A stretch of DNA of 62,079 bases, the filler included. It is 3 parts of 3 records of this genome, joined end to end, with 100 filler letters (N's around TTAATTAATTAA, not from the genome) between each part and the next. Parts side by side here need not be neighbours in the genome. Positions count along the whole stretch, not along the records: positions 53,989 to 62,079 come from DRR723986_1299; 2 more parts are not named here. One strand, given 5' to 3'. The notes beneath the pieces are model-generated. The model made no database searches, was not told where the DNA came from, and saw nothing but the letters and a program-made list of their open reading frames with translations. How positions within the stretch are numbered: the first letter of the stretch is position 1; every line of letters begins with the position of its first letter. Both the position numbers and the translations under genes were made by a program. This document shows positions 60,039 to 62,079 of the stretch, piece by piece.

Positions 60039-60473
60039 ATGCACGATATCCATAAAATGCCCGGCCATCTGGCCCGGCGCTTGCAGCAAATTTCGGTCGC
60101 CATATTCAACGAGCATATGCGCCGCGCCGGGTTTGATCTGACCCCGGTGCAATTTGCAGCCCTATCCGCGGCGGCGGCAACGCCCGGCATGGATCAGGCG
60201 CAATTGGCGCGCCAAATTGCCTATGATCCCGTCACCTTAAGCGGTGTGATCGACCGGCTGTGCAAAAAGGGTTTGGTCAGCCGAAATATCAGCCCAACAG
60301 ACCGCCGCGCGCGGGTGATTGCCCTAACCGCGGCGGGCCATACCCTGCTGGCCCAGGCAAGCCCACAGGTGGCCGCGCTGCAAGCCGATATCTTGGCGCC
60401 GCTTGAACAGGAAGAACAGGCGCAATTGCTGCGCCTGCTGGAAAAAATCACGGGCGCTGCACCCAATGCCTAG
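60039..60473 (+). CDS. MarR family regulator (GenR/PcaV-like)
   Basis: PGHLARRLQQ, LTPVQFAAL, DQAQLA and DRRAR motifs. Confidence 0.9.
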   Translation: MHDIHKMPGHLARRLQQISVAIFNEHMRRAGFDLTPVQFAALSAAAATPGMDQAQLARQIAYDPVTLSGVIDRLCKKGLVSRNISPTDRRARVIALTAAGHTLLAQASPQVAALQADILAPLEQEEQAQLLRLLEKITGAAPNA

Positions 60474-60970
60474 CGCGTATTGCCGCCCAGCCGCATGCGG
60501 GCCATCAGGTTGTCTTTCAGCACGAATTGGTGAAACAGCGCAGCCCCCACATGGCCCGCCACCAAAATCAGCGCCAAATTGACCATGATTTCGTGCACAT
60601 CCCCCGCGCCCGCGATGCCTGCGCCCCAAGCCGCCATGCCCGACAAAGGCACAGCCAGCAACACCGCATAAAGCGCCAGATGCCCCCAATGCGCCAGCCG
60701 GTTCATCAGCGCGGGCCCCGCGGGCAGCGCCGGCGCACCCAGCCACCACCGCAGGCCAATACGCAACACCATCAGCGCCAAAATCGCCACGCCCACAGGC
60801 GGGTGCACAAGGGCTGCAAATTGATCGGGCACCCCACCCTGCAGCTTGATGCGCAGGGCACGCCCCATATCATCTGAAATCAGAAAATTCGTGGCAAAAA
60901 GAGCAGCAATCAGCCAGTGCAGCAGAATTTGCACTGTGCCATAGCGGGATTGAGTGGCAGAAACAGACAT
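60470..60970 (-). CDS. Cytochrome b561 family protein
   Basis: Four TM segments with heme-ligand His (LHW, VHP, VHE, GHV) and LFHQFVLKD. Confidence 0.85.
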   Translation of the reverse strand: MSVSATQSRYGTVQILLHWLIAALFATNFLISDDMGRALRIKLQGGVPDQFAALVHPPVGVAILALMVLRIGLRWWLGAPALPAGPALMNRLAHWGHLALYAVLLAVPLSGMAAWGAGIAGAGDVHEIMVNLALILVAGHVGAALFHQFVLKDNLMARMRLGGNTR

Positions 60971-61062
60971 AAACGCTTTCCTTTAAAATCAGCCCAGCGG
61001 GCACACAAATACCATACGTTTATGCCAGATTTTTCCGTCGCTGAAACAGCAATGACAGATCG

Positions 61063-61716
61063 CTATGACAGGCCGACAATTTTGGGCAAATCGGCAAAAT
61101 CAGAAAACACATGCTGGTGCGGCAGGGCCGCGATATCGGTTTTGCGATAGCCTTCGGTGAAAAGCGCAAAACTGATGCCCGCGCGCTGCGCGGTTTCCGC
61201 GTCTACCTCGCTATCGCCCACAAACAGCACATCGCCCGCGCAAAGGCCCAGCTGGGCCACAGCCGCCAACAGCGGCGCCGGGTCGGGCTTGCGTATGGGC
61301 AGGCTGTCGCCGCCAATCACCACAGGAAACATCTGCTGCATCTGGAAATGCGCCAAAACCGTTTGCGTGGGCACCAGCGGCTTGTTGGTGCAAATGGCCA
61401 GGCCCAGCCCCGCCTGCTGCAAGCGGTGCAAACTGTCGGGCACATTGGGGTAAAGCCGCGTCAGCCCATGGGCGGTTTCGTAATGATGCTCGAAACGCGC
61501 AATCATGGCGGGTTTGGCCGGGTGATCGGGGCTGTGGCCCAAATGCTGCAGCGCCGAGGCCAGCAGATGCGCCACCCCGCGCCCAATAAAGCCGCGGATT
61601 GTGGCAAAATCGAGCGGCTGAAAGCCCGCCTCGACCAACACAGAATTGGCCGCGGCATGGATATCTGGCGCGCTGTCAATCAGCGTGCCATCCAGATCGA
61701 AAATAACCGCCCGCAT
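61063..61716 (-). CDS. gph: Phosphoglycolate phosphatase (HAD family)
   Basis: FDLDGTLIDS, TNKP, KPDPAP and VGDS..D motifs. Confidence 0.88.
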   Translation of the reverse strand: MRAVIFDLDGTLIDSAPDIHAAANSVLVEAGFQPLDFATIRGFIGRGVAHLLASALQHLGHSPDHPAKPAMIARFEHHYETAHGLTRLYPNVPDSLHRLQQAGLGLAICTNKPLVPTQTVLAHFQMQQMFPVVIGGDSLPIRKPDPAPLLAAVAQLGLCAGDVLFVGDSEVDAETAQRAGISFALFTEGYRKTDIAALPHQHVFSDFADLPKIVGLS

Positions 61717-62079
61717 CAGGCGCGCCGCACCAATACCGAGCCCACAGAATACCCCGCCCCAAACGAGCAGATCACCCCAATATCGCCCACCCCCAGATCG
61801 GCGCTGTGTTTTGCAAAGGCAATGATCGAGCCCGCAGACGAGGTATTGGCATAATCTTGCAAGATATTTGGCTGCTCATCCGGGCTGGGCTCGCGGCCCA
61901 GCACTTTGCGGCCCACAAAATCATTCATGGTTTTATTGGCCTGATGCAGCCACATGCGCCGCAGCTGCTGGGGGTCGATGCCCTGATCGCCCAAATGCGC
62001 CAGGATATGGGCCGAAACCATCGGCACCACCTCTTTAAACACCTTGCGGCCATTTTGCATGAACTGCATATCGCGGCGG
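61716..62079 (-). CDS. Beta-ketoacyl-ACP synthase III family, C-terminal part
   Basis: LHQAN, ANTSSAG and SFGAG motifs; runs off the window edge. Confidence 0.85.
   Translation of the reverse strand, partial: RRDMQFMQNGRKVFKEVVPMVSAHILAHLGDQGIDPQQLRRMWLHQANKTMNDFVGRKVLGREPSPDEQPNILQDYANTSSAGSIIAFAKHSADLGVGDIGVICSFGAGYSVGSVLVRRA

Overview
The window is three unrelated contigs joined by artificial N44-TTAATTAATTAA-N44 spacers (24481-24580 and 53889-53988), so no synteny can be read across the spacers. Contig A (1-24480) is an AT-richer alphaproteobacterial housekeeping region: xseB, acyl-CoA dehydrogenase, Sua5, mnmC, a REC-PP2C-kinase/STAS partner switch, DUF1476 and purCSQL. It also holds an unannotated ~125-nt sigma54-type sRNA candidate with two hairpins sharing an identical 11-nt loop. 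Contig B (24581-53888) is GC-rich and alphaproteobacterial-like. It carries a gutted lambdoid prophage skeleton: an intact CI-like S24 repressor with TACG-N7-CGTA operators on both sides, an RMF-like peptide, DUF6362, TerS, TerL, an acetyltransferase-like virion gene and a toxin-like ORF. No integrase, portal, capsid, tail or lysis gene is visible. About 17 kb of cargo sits inside this skeleton: (i) three tandem tail-collar paralogues plus a lectin-like beta-propeller, a GNAT and a DUF6916-like protein, divergent from a 1668-aa repeat-rich autotransporter adhesin, and (ii) a ROK-regulated sugar ABC/M20/YhfX-like PLP-enzyme catabolic operon. Contig C (53989-62079) is a Rhodobacteraceae-like aromatic-catabolism patch (LysR, CYP104/VirH2-like P450, TRAP SBP, DUF3237, 3-hydroxybenzoate 6-monooxygenase, MarR) followed by housekeeping genes. 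Family assignments are from motif recognition only; no database searches were run.
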